From an uncultured Gemmatimonadales bacterium (lineage in GTDB: Bacteria > Gemmatimonadota > Gemmatimonadetes > Gemmatimonadales > Gemmatimonadaceae), in NCBI GenBank assembly GCA_963707505.1, contig CAVPQB010000006.1:512001-576000 (forward strand): a stretch of DNA of 64,000 nucleotides, read 5' to 3'. Of the stretch, positions 1 through 9,851 are shown in pieces. Each line of letters begins with the position of its first letter. Positions within the stretch are counted from its first letter, which is position 1. A program made the position numbers and the translations under genes. The notes beneath the pieces are model-generated. The model ran no database searches and was not told the origin of the DNA. It saw only the letters and a list, made by a program, of their open reading frames with translations.

Positions 1-2
1 AA

Positions 3-1277
3 ACCCAGGTATGGGTTTCGTTCGACGACGGTGATCACTGGCAGTCACTCAGGCTGGACATGCCGGCTGTGTCGGTGCGCGACATACAGATCAAGGATGA
101 CAGCATCTGCATGTGCTCCGACCTGATCGCTGGCACGCACGGACGCGGCTTCTACATTCTCGATGACGTGACGCCGTTGCGTCAGGCGGCGGAGGCACGC
201 AGTGCCAGCGGTGCGTATCTGTTCAAGCCGCAGACGGCATTGCGCATTCGTCTCGCGACGAACGACCCGACGCCGTGGCCACCGGAGCTTCCGGCTGGGG
301 AGAATCCGCCGAATGGTGCGATCATCGACTACTATCTGTCGGCGAACGTGTCGGGACCGGTGACGATCGACATACTCGATGCAGGCGGTAAGGTGGTTCG
401 CACGTACTCGAGCGAGCTCAAGCGCGATCCCGATCCGGGAGTGGATCGCGCTGCTTACGACAAGGTCTGCAAGGCGAATCCGGAGTCGCCGGATTGCGAT
501 GTGCCGTTGTACTGGCCATCGCGCATCAAGTCGATGCCGACGAGTGCCGGCATGCATCGGATCAGCTGGAACATGAGATATCAACCGCTCGCCGCAGAGC
601 GCGGCTCGGTCGATGCGACCGGTGCGGTGCCGAATCGCAGCTCGCCGTCGCCGAGCTCGCCCTGGGCGCCGCCAGGTCAGTACACTGTTCGCCTTACGGT
701 TGCGGGCAAGAGCTACACGCAGCCGCTTACGGTGCGTCTCGATCCGCGCGTCAAGATTTCACCGTCTGCGCTCGCGGAGAACACGAAGCTATCGCTCGAG
801 ATGTACGAGCTTGCGCGCACGACGCGCATGGCGTACGGGCAGGCGCATGATCTGGGAGAGAAGGTCGATCAGCTGGTGAAGGAGCAGCACGTCGATGGTG
901 GCGCGTTCAAGACGGCGATCGATTCGGTCGCGCCGGACGAGCCGCGCGGCGGTCGCCGATTCTTTGGGCGCGGTGGTGGTCGTCCGGCCGTCACACTCAA
1001 CGCGGCGAGCAGTGCGGCGCTGGCGGCATCGTTGTCGATGCAGGCGGCGGAGACGGCACCCACCGCGGCACAGATCGCAGCGTGTGCGCGGGCCAGAGCA
1101 CAGGCGCAGGCGGCGATGGCGCGCTGGAACACGGTCAAGACGACGGAACTGTCGTCGTTCAACGCAATGCTGAAGACGAAGGGTCAACCGGCGCTGACGT
1201 TGCCCGCACTCAGGTTGCCGGCAGCGTTGCCGAGTGATGAGAATGGAAACGTGAATGAGAAGGAGAACGAAGGGTAG
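3..1277 (+). CDS. VPS10/BNR-repeat glycosyl-hydrolase-like protein, C-terminal part (5'-truncated)
   Basis: Frame is open from position 3 (TQVWVSFDDGDHWQSL, an Asp-box), followed by LIAGTHGRGFYILDD, GENPPNGAIIDYYL and PGQYTVRLTV, typical of this family. Confidence 0.75.
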   Translation, partial: TQVWVSFDDGDHWQSLRLDMPAVSVRDIQIKDDSICMCSDLIAGTHGRGFYILDDVTPLRQAAEARSASGAYLFKPQTALRIRLATNDPTPWPPELPAGENPPNGAIIDYYLSANVSGPVTIDILDAGGKVVRTYSSELKRDPDPGVDRAAYDKVCKANPESPDCDVPLYWPSRIKSMPTSAGMHRISWNMRYQPLAAERGSVDATGAVPNRSSPSPSSPWAPPGQYTVRLTVAGKSYTQPLTVRLDPRVKISPSALAENTKLSLEMYELARTTRMAYGQAHDLGEKVDQLVKEQHVDGGAFKTAIDSVAPDEPRGGRRFFGRGGGRPAVTLNAASSAALAASLSMQAAETAPTAAQIAACARARAQAQAAMARWNTVKTTELSSFNAMLKTKGQPALTLPALRLPAALPSDENGNVNEKENEG

Positions 1278-1316
1278 GGATCAGTTATACCGACTGTGGT
1301 AAACGGAGGAATTCGC

Positions 1317-1691
1317 ATGGCTATTCGAGCACGGATACGTGAGCATCCGCACGTTACCGCAGCGGCTACGTTCGTTCTGGCATTCCTCATTTTTGGATGG
1401 CTGATGCCGTGGTTATGGCATCAGCCTCGCGATTGGGCCGAGACAATCTCGATGGCGGTTGTGCTTGGACTAGTCTCGTACTTCAACCGCGTTCCAGCGG
1501 GGCGAGTGAAGGCGCTTATCCTGACCGCGGTTTCACTTGGCGCACTCGTACTGTACGCCTGGTCAGTGCACACTCACGGAATTCCTCAGGACACGACAGA
1601 ACGGTTCTCTTTTGCGGGCGTGGTTGCGATTCCAGTATTTGGCGTGGCGTTGGCATTCCGGATGTTGCGAAAGCCGCGAATGCTTGCATGA
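1317..1691 (+). CDS. Small hypothetical membrane protein (about 4 TM)
   Basis: ATG at 1317 after GGAGG; four hydrophobic stretches. Confidence 0.6.
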   Translation: MAIRARIREHPHVTAAATFVLAFLIFGWLMPWLWHQPRDWAETISMAVVLGLVSYFNRVPAGRVKALILTAVSLGALVLYAWSVHTHGIPQDTTERFSFAGVVAIPVFGVALAFRMLRKPRMLA

Positions 1692-1893
1692 ACGAACGGT
1701 GACCGCAACCGAGCACTCGTGAGTCTGATGGCATAATGGTAGAAATGCATTGACGTCGCTCGTACTCTTTCGGTGGCTGTTGCTCGCACTCTCCGGCTTC
1801 GCAGTACTGACCGGTGTCGCGATGCACGGCCTTGTGCGCCGCGTGCTGCTACAACACGTCGTGAATGCCTCGCAGCATCACCAACTCCTTACA

Positions 1894-3144
1894 ATGAAAC
1901 TTGCGCGACTGCTAGCTGTCCTCACTGCTGTGATGGCGCCGAATATTGCTGCGAGCCAATCCTCGTATCTGTTCGTGTGGGCCGGCGGAACCGGCGCAAG
2001 TGACTTCATGGCGACGATCGACGCCAACCCTGCGTCGCGGAGTTACGGACACGTGGTCGCAAGCGTTCCGACCGGCACTGTCGGCATGCCGCATCACACC
2101 GAGCAGGAGCTCGGACCAAGCGGGCACCTGCTTGCGAACGATTTCGCGGCCGGACGCACCTGGCTGTTCGATCTGCACGATCCGCTCAAGCCGCGGATAA
2201 TCACGTCGTTCGGTGATGTAGCAGGATTCAGTCATCCCCACACATTCAGCCGGCTCGCGAACGGGCACGTGTTGACCACGTTTCAGTATCGCGCGGACGC
2301 GAATACTGCAAAGCAGATGCGAACGCACTCCGCGAGCATGGCGGGCATGACGAATTCGCAACCGAACGTGACCGGTGGACTCGTCGAGATGGATGAGCGA
2401 GGCCGGCCGCTCCTGTCGGCAAGTGCTGTCGATCCGTCGATCAAGGATCGCTTCATCTATCCGTACAGCGTCCTTCCGATTCCCAGCATCGATCGCGCCG
2501 TGTCGACGACGACCGACATGAACCTCGGCGACACGGTGGCGACATCGCAATGGGTGCAGATCTGGCGTCTTTCGGATCTCAAACTGCTGCGCAGCATTGC
2601 ACTGCCGTCCGGATCAGGCACCCATGCCAAGGCAAACGAATTTTCGGGCGAGTCGAGGCTTCTGGCCGATGGCCGGAGTGTTTACATCCACACCTTCAAC
2701 TGCGGATTGTATCTGCTCCGCAACGTGACGGGTTCGGCGCCAACTGCAACGCTCGTGCACACGTTCGACGGCACCGAGTGCGGGGTTCCAGTACTTACAT
2801 CGCACTACTGGATTCAGACCGTGCCGGCGGATCACGGACTCGTCACACTCGATGTAACTGATCCGGAGCATCCGCGTGAGGTATCACGTGTCGGCGTCGG
2901 TGCTGACGAGCAGCCGCACTGGATAGCAATCGATCATACTGGGAGGAGACTCGTGTTGAATTCAGGCGGCAAGGGGAACCGGCTGTTCATCATCAACTTC
3001 GATCCCGCGAATGGACACATGTCGGTCGATAGCGCGTTTCGCGATTCGGGAAGCACAGTGCCTGGAATCAGCCTTGCCGGCGCGAACTGGCCGCGTGGCT
3101 TCAAGGGGAACATCGTGCCACACGGGGCGGTGTTCTCGCGGTAG
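1894..3144 (+). CDS. Secreted selenium-binding-protein/methanethiol-oxidase-like beta-propeller
   Basis: Signal peptide MKLARLLAVL; YLFVWAG..SDFMATIDANPASRSYGHVV..PHH, HPH, PHWIA and terminal PHGAVF resemble the SBP56 family. Confidence 0.6.
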   Translation: MKLARLLAVLTAVMAPNIAASQSSYLFVWAGGTGASDFMATIDANPASRSYGHVVASVPTGTVGMPHHTEQELGPSGHLLANDFAAGRTWLFDLHDPLKPRIITSFGDVAGFSHPHTFSRLANGHVLTTFQYRADANTAKQMRTHSASMAGMTNSQPNVTGGLVEMDERGRPLLSASAVDPSIKDRFIYPYSVLPIPSIDRAVSTTTDMNLGDTVATSQWVQIWRLSDLKLLRSIALPSGSGTHAKANEFSGESRLLADGRSVYIHTFNCGLYLLRNVTGSAPTATLVHTFDGTECGVPVLTSHYWIQTVPADHGLVTLDVTDPEHPREVSRVGVGADEQPHWIAIDHTGRRLVLNSGGKGNRLFIINFDPANGHMSVDSAFRDSGSTVPGISLAGANWPRGFKGNIVPHGAVFSR

Positions 3145-3247
3145 TTCACCGTCGATGCCGCAGAGGAATTGTGGCGATACTTGATATGCTGGACGCCGCA
3201 CGCAACGCTGCACGGCGAACCTCACGAGAACGCTTACCACTGGAAAC

Positions 3248-5119
3248 GTGCTAAATCCTTCGCGGAAGCGGTCGATCCTTCGTCCCACGGAACTTGTCGC
3301 GGGTCTCACAATCCTGCTGGTATTTAGCGCGTGTGGTGGTGATGCCAGATCACCCACGGATCCACCGACTCAACAGTCCGGAAACTCATCGATCGTCATT
3401 GTGAGAATCAATACGACGCCAGACACGATGTCGGCTGGTGATTCGGTAAAGATGAGCGCAACCGCCTCATCCGCCACCGGTGGCGCGATCTCGGGTGTGC
3501 AGATGACGTGGACAAGCAGCGATACGACTGTCGCCAGTATCGATACAGCCGGCATGATACGGACGGTTGGCACCGGGCCGTTCACCATTACCGTAACCGC
3601 GTCGGCAAAGGGATCGACAACGACCGCGCAATCCACCAAGTCGATGTTCGCTCGCCGGACCATCTTCAACATCGCGCTCTCTCGCGTCGCTGGCAGCGAC
3701 ACGATCACCATGGGTGATACGGTTCGCGTCGGCGCCGTCGTGCACGATGGGTTGGGTGCAGTGTTCCCCGGTGTCCAACTCACCTGGGCGGTAAGCGATA
3801 CCGCGGCCGCAAGCGTCGACGCATCCGGTCTCGTTACGGCGCGTGCCATGGGACCTGTCACGGTGACCGCAACAGTTGTCGGTCCCGTCGATGCGCTGCT
3901 GAAACCTGTGTCTGGCACAACGGCGATTGCTGTGCGACTCGCGTTCACGCACATCGAAGCTGGTACCGTGCACACGTGCGGGCTCGCGCGTGGAGGATCG
4001 GTCTACTGCTGGGGCGAAGGTGCCTGGGGACGACTCGGTGACGGCTCGCCGTATCCCGCATGGACCGCCGTTTCGCACCCGGTTCGCGTGCTCAGCAAGG
4101 ACACATTTACGGCGATCTCACTCGATGAGCAGCAGGACAGCCGAAGCGGTCACACATGCGGTGTTACCGCGGATCACGGACTGGACTGCTGGGGATCCGG
4201 ATCATGGGGCATGCTTGGTGACGGTACCGACGGCCAGGGAACGCCTCCGCATTCGACTGCGATACCGATTCGCGTTGGATCGGGGGTGTTTGTGGACGTG
4301 GCGCTGGAAGCAGAGGATAGCTGCGCACTGACTGCATCCGGTGTGGCGTATTGCGCCGGCGGCAATTATTTCAAGCAGCTTGGCGTCGACACGGTGCCGA
4401 ACGTGTGCATCCAGCCGCAGCTTCCCAACAATTACGGCGAGAGTTGCTCGAACACATTCGTTCAGGTAAGTGGTTCCCAGACGTTCAGTCGGATTTACGC
4501 GTCGGGCTATACCACGTGCGGGCTGACCAGTGCAGGATCCGCATGGTGCTGGGGAGGGAATATCGCTGGTGAAGCAGGTATAGGCACATACTCGACGGTA
4601 CCGACACCGACGCAGGTTCAGGGAGGACTGACGTTCACGACCCTGGCTGGCGGATCATCGCACATGTGCGGCCTCACTCCGGCTGGAGCCGCGTACTGTT
4701 GGGGCCATGGCGGTTTCGGCGCACTCGGGACCGGGCTTCAAACGAACATGCAGACGCCGGTACAGGTCGCGACATTGCTATCCTTCACACAGATCGCAGC
4801 AGGCGGTGATCATGCCTGCGCTCTCACGTCGTCTGGTGATACGTACTGCTGGGGAACCAACACTGACGGAGAACTGGGCAGCGTGACGACCGAGAGCTGC
4901 AACGGCAATTCCACTTACAGTCTCCCGTGCTCGACGCGGCCAGTGCAGGTACGGGGCGTGCCGAAGTTCGTCGGTATCGCTGCTGGTGCGAATCACACTT
5001 GCGGTCTCGTAGCTGACGGCTCCGTGTACTGTTGGGGTGCAGGCGATCGCGGCCAGCTTGGCAACGGCTCGACTGTCGCATCGTCGATTGCGGCGGTGAA
5101 GGTAAAGGATACGAAATAG
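3248..5119 (+). CDS. Lipoprotein with two Ig-like (Big_2) domains and RCC1 repeats
   Basis: Lipobox-like FSAC; TWTSSDTTVASID and TWAVSDTAAASVD Ig motifs; repeated HTCGL..G..YCWG....G.LG. Confidence 0.85.
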   Translation: MLNPSRKRSILRPTELVAGLTILLVFSACGGDARSPTDPPTQQSGNSSIVIVRINTTPDTMSAGDSVKMSATASSATGGAISGVQMTWTSSDTTVASIDTAGMIRTVGTGPFTITVTASAKGSTTTAQSTKSMFARRTIFNIALSRVAGSDTITMGDTVRVGAVVHDGLGAVFPGVQLTWAVSDTAAASVDASGLVTARAMGPVTVTATVVGPVDALLKPVSGTTAIAVRLAFTHIEAGTVHTCGLARGGSVYCWGEGAWGRLGDGSPYPAWTAVSHPVRVLSKDTFTAISLDEQQDSRSGHTCGVTADHGLDCWGSGSWGMLGDGTDGQGTPPHSTAIPIRVGSGVFVDVALEAEDSCALTASGVAYCAGGNYFKQLGVDTVPNVCIQPQLPNNYGESCSNTFVQVSGSQTFSRIYASGYTTCGLTSAGSAWCWGGNIAGEAGIGTYSTVPTPTQVQGGLTFTTLAGGSSHMCGLTPAGAAYCWGHGGFGALGTGLQTNMQTPVQVATLLSFTQIAAGGDHACALTSSGDTYCWGTNTDGELGSVTTESCNGNSTYSLPCSTRPVQVRGVPKFVGIAAGANHTCGLVADGSVYCWGAGDRGQLGNGSTVASSIAAVKVKDTK

Positions 5120-5136
5120 CGATTCAAGCAACTACT

Positions 5137-6066
5137 TCACGGTGCTTTCACGCCGTTCCTCAACTCCTCCACTACAACGGGCAAGCCGTCTCTCACGCTC
5201 GCGTATTGCGGTTTCCAACCTGTCTTGGTACGTATCTTCCGGTTCGACACGCGCTGCGACCGGCTCAGACATTCAACAGTCGATCCCATACGACTGGTCA
5301 ACCATGTGGGAAAGAACCGCGGCGGTCTGACTCCAAGATACGATGCTAGTGAGTCACAGAAATCCTGGCGCGAGAGTGGCTCATCATCTACCACGTTGTA
5401 GACGCCCGCTGAAACTCCAAGCGACCCAACGATGGCCGACGCAGCGTCGCTCTGCGCGACGGATGGGAAGTACGCCGCCGGACTTCCCGGAAGTGGCGAC
5501 CATCCCTTTCTCACTGTCTCGATCATCTCACGCGTGAGCGCATCGGGGCCATACAGGCTCGCAAACCGCAACACAATTCCCGTTCCGCCGCCCGACGTGA
5601 AACGCTCCGCCGAGCGCTCGGCGTCGACGATCGTCCGATTGTAGGACGCCGGCGCGAGCGGAGTTGTCTCTTCAATCCAGCGGTCGCCGCAATCGGGGTA
5701 GACAGGTGCGAACGATTCCTGAATGAAGCGCGTAGCGCCGACTCGGAGCGCGATATCGACCAGGAGCTTCGATCCGTCGCGTCGAATGCGGTCGTTCTCC
5801 TTCCATGACCAGGGAAACATCATCCTGACCGCAGACGACGGCATGTGTGTCGCGAGATTCACGATCGTATCATGACCGTCGATTACACGTTCAACTGCTT
5901 GAGCGTCGAAGAGATCGACGGTGATGACAGATGCACCAATTCGCTCGAGTGCAGCGAGTTTTTCCCGGGAGCGACCGGCGGCGGTGACGTTGTGTCCAGC
6001 GGCAATCATTAACGGCACCGCGCGTCGTCCGACGACTCCGGTAGCTCCAGTAACAAAAATCTTCAT
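5137..6066 (-). CDS. NAD-dependent epimerase/dehydratase (extended SDR)
   Basis: MKIFVTGATGVVG Rossmann motif, VLRFASLYG, GVYNVVDDEP. Confidence 0.85.
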   Translation of the reverse strand: MKIFVTGATGVVGRRAVPLMIAAGHNVTAAGRSREKLAALERIGASVITVDLFDAQAVERVIDGHDTIVNLATHMPSSAVRMMFPWSWKENDRIRRDGSKLLVDIALRVGATRFIQESFAPVYPDCGDRWIEETTPLAPASYNRTIVDAERSAERFTSGGGTGIVLRFASLYGPDALTREMIETVRKGWSPLPGSPAAYFPSVAQSDAASAIVGSLGVSAGVYNVVDDEPLSRQDFCDSLASYLGVRPPRFFPTWLTSRMGSTVECLSRSQRVSNRKIRTKTGWKPQYASVRDGLPVVVEELRNGVKAP

Positions 6067-6224
6067 ATTCCGATTCGTCAGCGATAGGCGATCACACAAT
6101 CGGAATATCTACCAATCCATGATTGGGTGGTAGTGTCGACGGACGTACAACCTTCCGAGCCATTCCGCTGTCCAAGGAACAAGACACCGATTCATCATCG
6201 GTATGTCGTAACCTGGAAACAATC

Positions 6225-7080
6225 ATGGCCCGATTGAATATGAGACGTCTGCTTGCATCTTCCATAGTTGTCGCAGTTATCTGCGCGACTGGCCTTGGCG
6301 CTCAGGTCGCCGACCCCGTCGCTGTAATCAGTCTCGACCCGTATCAGGACAATCCCGACTTCCTGACGGTGCGCGCGAGTGTGAATGGTCATGACCGTAC
6401 CTTCGCATTCGACAGTGGCGAAGGCGTGTCGATGATCAGCCCCGAACTTGCGCAGGCCATCGGATGCAAACCATGGGGACAGGTCACCGGCTTCCGCATG
6501 AACGGCGAACGGATCGATGCTCCGCACTGTGACGACATCACATTCGATGCTGCCGGTCAGCACTTTGCAGCGCCGAGTGTGATCGTGTTCGACTTGATGA
6601 AATTCTTCAAGCCAGGGCAGCCGCGTCTGGATGGTTCGCTCGGCTTCGATCTATTCGCAGGGCGTGCAATTACTTTCGAATTCTCGGCGAGGTCGATTGT
6701 CGTGGAGAGTCCGGCAAGTCTTGCGGCACGTGTCGCGAATGGAACGGAAGTGCCGATTCGCATCGTGCGTGACGCCGAGGGTCTCGCGCTCACGGTTGAT
6801 ATCGGCGTGCCGACTCCGGAGGGGATGGCATGGATGGAGCTTGACTCGGGCGGCGGTAATTCGATCATAATCGGAAAGCACATCGCGTCGTTGTTCAAGA
6901 CTGGATCCGGAATCGAAAGCCATGCAGCAGGTGAGCTTCACACTTGCCGGAAAGATTCCCGGTGACGGCACCAGCTCGCGTTATGGATCACATGATCATG
7001 GACGGAAATGTCAACGTGCCATTTCTCAGAAATGGGACGTGACGCTCGATCTTGCGACTAAGGACGCGCGTGGGTCGCGC
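6225..7080 (+). CDS. Secreted double-retropepsin aspartyl protease-like protein (3' end frameshifted, end approximate)
   Basis: Signal peptide; FAFDSG and ELDSG catalytic-type motifs, DGSLG; coding sense continues in other frames after about 6900 (QQVSFTLAGKIP, IMDGNVNVPFL, WDVTLDLA). Confidence 0.6.
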
Positions 7081-7099
7081 CCGCCGATCGCGCGACTCG

Positions 7100-7756
7100 C
7101 TAGTCCCGGTCGGCCGCCAACAGCTCTGCTCGCATTATCGTCCCTGTGTGACGTCGCTGGACGCTCGTGGCGAAGCTGACTTCCCGGTCAGCAGATTGCG
7201 GATTGCGCGCCAGACCGTACGAACGAGCAACAAGACGAGTACGAGCAATACCAGCGCGGCCGACAAGGGCGATTATCGGATGTTGCCACAGCGTGTAACT
7301 CATCGTTGCGACGACCCCGAGCTCAGCTACGTTGACGATACCATTGCTGACTGGCTCCGGCGATGTGTCGACAGCGGCGCGCAGGCCGAGCTTCGCAAGA
7401 TTGGTTGTCAGCCCGAGGCCGCCGCCGAGTAATCCGGCGAGGACGATGATTGCCGGGTCGGCGTGCCAGGCAGTGGCAATGGCCAGTGCCGCTGCGGCCG
7501 GTGTGCGGATCAGTGTGTGAGTCGCTTCCCATGCGGACGCGACTCCGGGGATCAATGTCGCGAGAAACTCGACGATCGCCAGAAGCAGCGCTACTCCGAT
7601 GATTATCGGATTGGCGAGTGTGGACAGCAGGCCCGGGAGGGGCCCGATCCAGCCGAAGCGTTCCCCGATCCCCACGAGGACCACCGTAGCGTAAAGGCTG
7701 ATTCCGGATGCATACGCGATCCCGAGCGACTCGGCCAGCGTAATTAGAGAATCCAT
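7100..7756 (-). CDS. DUF4126-family membrane protein (C-terminus probably frameshifted)
   Basis: GIAYASGISLYATV, EFLATLIPGV, HTLIRTPAAA, SPEPVSN motifs. Confidence 0.75.
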   Translation of the reverse strand: MDSLITLAESLGIAYASGISLYATVVLVGIGERFGWIGPLPGLLSTLANPIIIGVALLLAIVEFLATLIPGVASAWEATHTLIRTPAAAALAIATAWHADPAIIVLAGLLGGGLGLTTNLAKLGLRAAVDTSPEPVSNGIVNVAELGVVATMSYTLWQHPIIALVGRAGIARTRLVARSYGLARNPQSADREVSFATSVQRRHTGTIMRAELLAADRD

Positions 7757-7879
7757 GCGCGAGTTTGGCAGTTAGGATTCGACGTTTCGACGAGCGCGCT
7801 TATCTGCCGGAATGTATCATACCTTTCGCGAGCACGCCTGGCGGCCGGGCCTATACTGCGGCTAAACCGACCTGAGCCA

Positions 7880-9754
7880 ATGACCGAGAGATGCCAAGTG
7901 GCGGATGAAAATGACGTCGCGGAGTTCTACACCAGGCGAATAGCGAGTCTGCGTGCATCGCACGGCGTCGCCGCGCAGCAATGGCGTCGTCTTGCCAATC
8001 TGCGGCTGGTCGTATTCATCCTTGCCGCGGCGTCGATATGGTGGCTGGTCGATGCAGGGCTCGGGGGGCGTGCGATACCAGCGGTCGTGACGATCGTCAC
8101 GATTGTTCTGTTCTCGTATCTGGTTGCGCGCAGTTCACGGGCCAGGACCCGGGTGACTCGCCTCGCCGATCTCGTGCTGATCAATGAAGAGGCGGTGCAT
8201 CGCGTTCGGAGAGAATGGTCTGCGCTCGAGCGGCGTCCATGGGCTGACGTCCCGGTCTCGCATCCATATGCGTACGATCTCGATGTGTTCGGATCGGCGT
8301 CGCTTGCTCAGCTATTCCCCGGAGTCAGCGCCGCGCCGGGGCGCACGACGCTCGCATCATGGCTTTTGGCACCGGCGTCAGTGGCCGATTTACGGAAGCG
8401 CCAGGAAGCCGTGGCTGAATTGAAGAACAGGATCGACTGGCGGGATGAGCTGGTACTTCATACACGACGCATCACAACCGGCGCCGAGCGGTTGCGTGCA
8501 TTTGTCGAGTGGGCAAATCGTGAAGATTGGCCTGCTGACAATGGCTGGATCTTCGTGGCGGCGATCGCACTCCCCGTCGCTCTGGTACTCCTGGCCGCGG
8601 CGCAAGCGGTGGGAGCGGTTTCCGGTGCATACTGGCTGATTCCGATCGCGCTCGGCGGCTCCCTGACCGCGCGGTTCAAAAATCCGCTAAGAGTTGCGCT
8701 CGGCCAGGTTCAGGGCCAGCGCAACATGTTGAAAGGATACGCGACCGTTACTCAGTTGGTGGCGACCGAGTCATTCGAGTCCGATGCACTGCGGGACATT
8801 CAACGTGATCTCACTGGTGATGCGAACGCGGCGGGCCAGATGCGCGTGCTCGAACGACTGGCGGATTGCGCAGATGTGAAATTGTCGCCGATGCTTCATT
8901 TTGTCGCGCAGGGGCTCACGCTGTGGGATTTTCACGTCGCGTATCTGCTGACGAGGTGGAAGCGTGATACCGGGAAGCACATCGGTGGATGGCTCGGGGC
9001 GATCGGCGTCGTCGAAAGTATCGCGGCGCTCGCCACGCTTGCGCATGACAACCCCGATTGGGTGTTTCCGAGTGTTGGAGCGCGCGATCCGGCGATGGTA
9101 TCAGCGACGGCGCTCGGCCATCCGCTGTTGCCTGCGTCGAGCAGGGTCGCCAATGACGTGACGGTCGGACCGGAGCGAACGTTGTTGTTCGTGACTGGCT
9201 CGAACATGGCGGGGAAGAGTACGCTCCTGCGTGCCATCGGGTTGAACGTCGTGCTCGCGCAGGCCGGATCGGTGGTATGCGCAGAAGCGATGACATGTCC
9301 ACCAGTGTTGCTCTATACCAGCATGCGCGTACAGGACTCGCTTGCGCGCGGCGTGTCGTACTTCATGGCGGAGCTGGAGCGGCTCAAGCTGATAGTGGAC
9401 GCGGCCGAGGCGGTGAAGGAATCGCATCAACGAAAGTTGATGTATCTGCTGGATGAGATTCTGCACGGGACGAATTCTGCGGAGCGTCTGATTGCGGCGC
9501 GGCACGTGCTGGTACGGCTCATGGATCTGGGTGCGATCGGCGCAGTGACGACGCACGATCTTCAACTTGCGGACGCCAGCGTGTTGGAGCGTGCAGCGCA
9601 GCACGTTCACTTTCAGGAAGTGTTCTCGCGCACCGCGGATGGTCGTGCGACGATGTATTTCGATTACAAGTTGAGGCCTGGGAAGGCGACATCGAGCAAC
9701 GCATTGAAGTTGCTGGAGCTGGTTGGGCTTACGACGGGTGGGGAGATTTCGTAG
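7880..9754 (+). CDS. Membrane-anchored MutS-related ATPase (MutS domain V)
   Basis: TGSNMAGKSTLLR Walker A, SYFMAEL, LLDEILHGTNS, VTTHDL; N-terminal TM segments. Confidence 0.85.
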   Translation: MTERCQVADENDVAEFYTRRIASLRASHGVAAQQWRRLANLRLVVFILAAASIWWLVDAGLGGRAIPAVVTIVTIVLFSYLVARSSRARTRVTRLADLVLINEEAVHRVRREWSALERRPWADVPVSHPYAYDLDVFGSASLAQLFPGVSAAPGRTTLASWLLAPASVADLRKRQEAVAELKNRIDWRDELVLHTRRITTGAERLRAFVEWANREDWPADNGWIFVAAIALPVALVLLAAAQAVGAVSGAYWLIPIALGGSLTARFKNPLRVALGQVQGQRNMLKGYATVTQLVATESFESDALRDIQRDLTGDANAAGQMRVLERLADCADVKLSPMLHFVAQGLTLWDFHVAYLLTRWKRDTGKHIGGWLGAIGVVESIAALATLAHDNPDWVFPSVGARDPAMVSATALGHPLLPASSRVANDVTVGPERTLLFVTGSNMAGKSTLLRAIGLNVVLAQAGSVVCAEAMTCPPVLLYTSMRVQDSLARGVSYFMAELERLKLIVDAAEAVKESHQRKLMYLLDEILHGTNSAERLIAARHVLVRLMDLGAIGAVTTHDLQLADASVLERAAQHVHFQEVFSRTADGRATMYFDYKLRPGKATSSNALKLLELVGLTTGGEIS

Positions 9755-9851
9755 GCGGTTGCGTTTGACACCCGGCCGCCAACGGTACACGTTTGGTCGG
9801 CGTAAATACGACGTAACCACCATACCCGCGCTGTCGCGCACAGGGGACCCA

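Noticed and set aside
9723..9851. N-terminal extension of the S9 peptidase ORF
   Set aside because: Overlaps the MutS-like gene; the signal peptide begins at ATG 9852.
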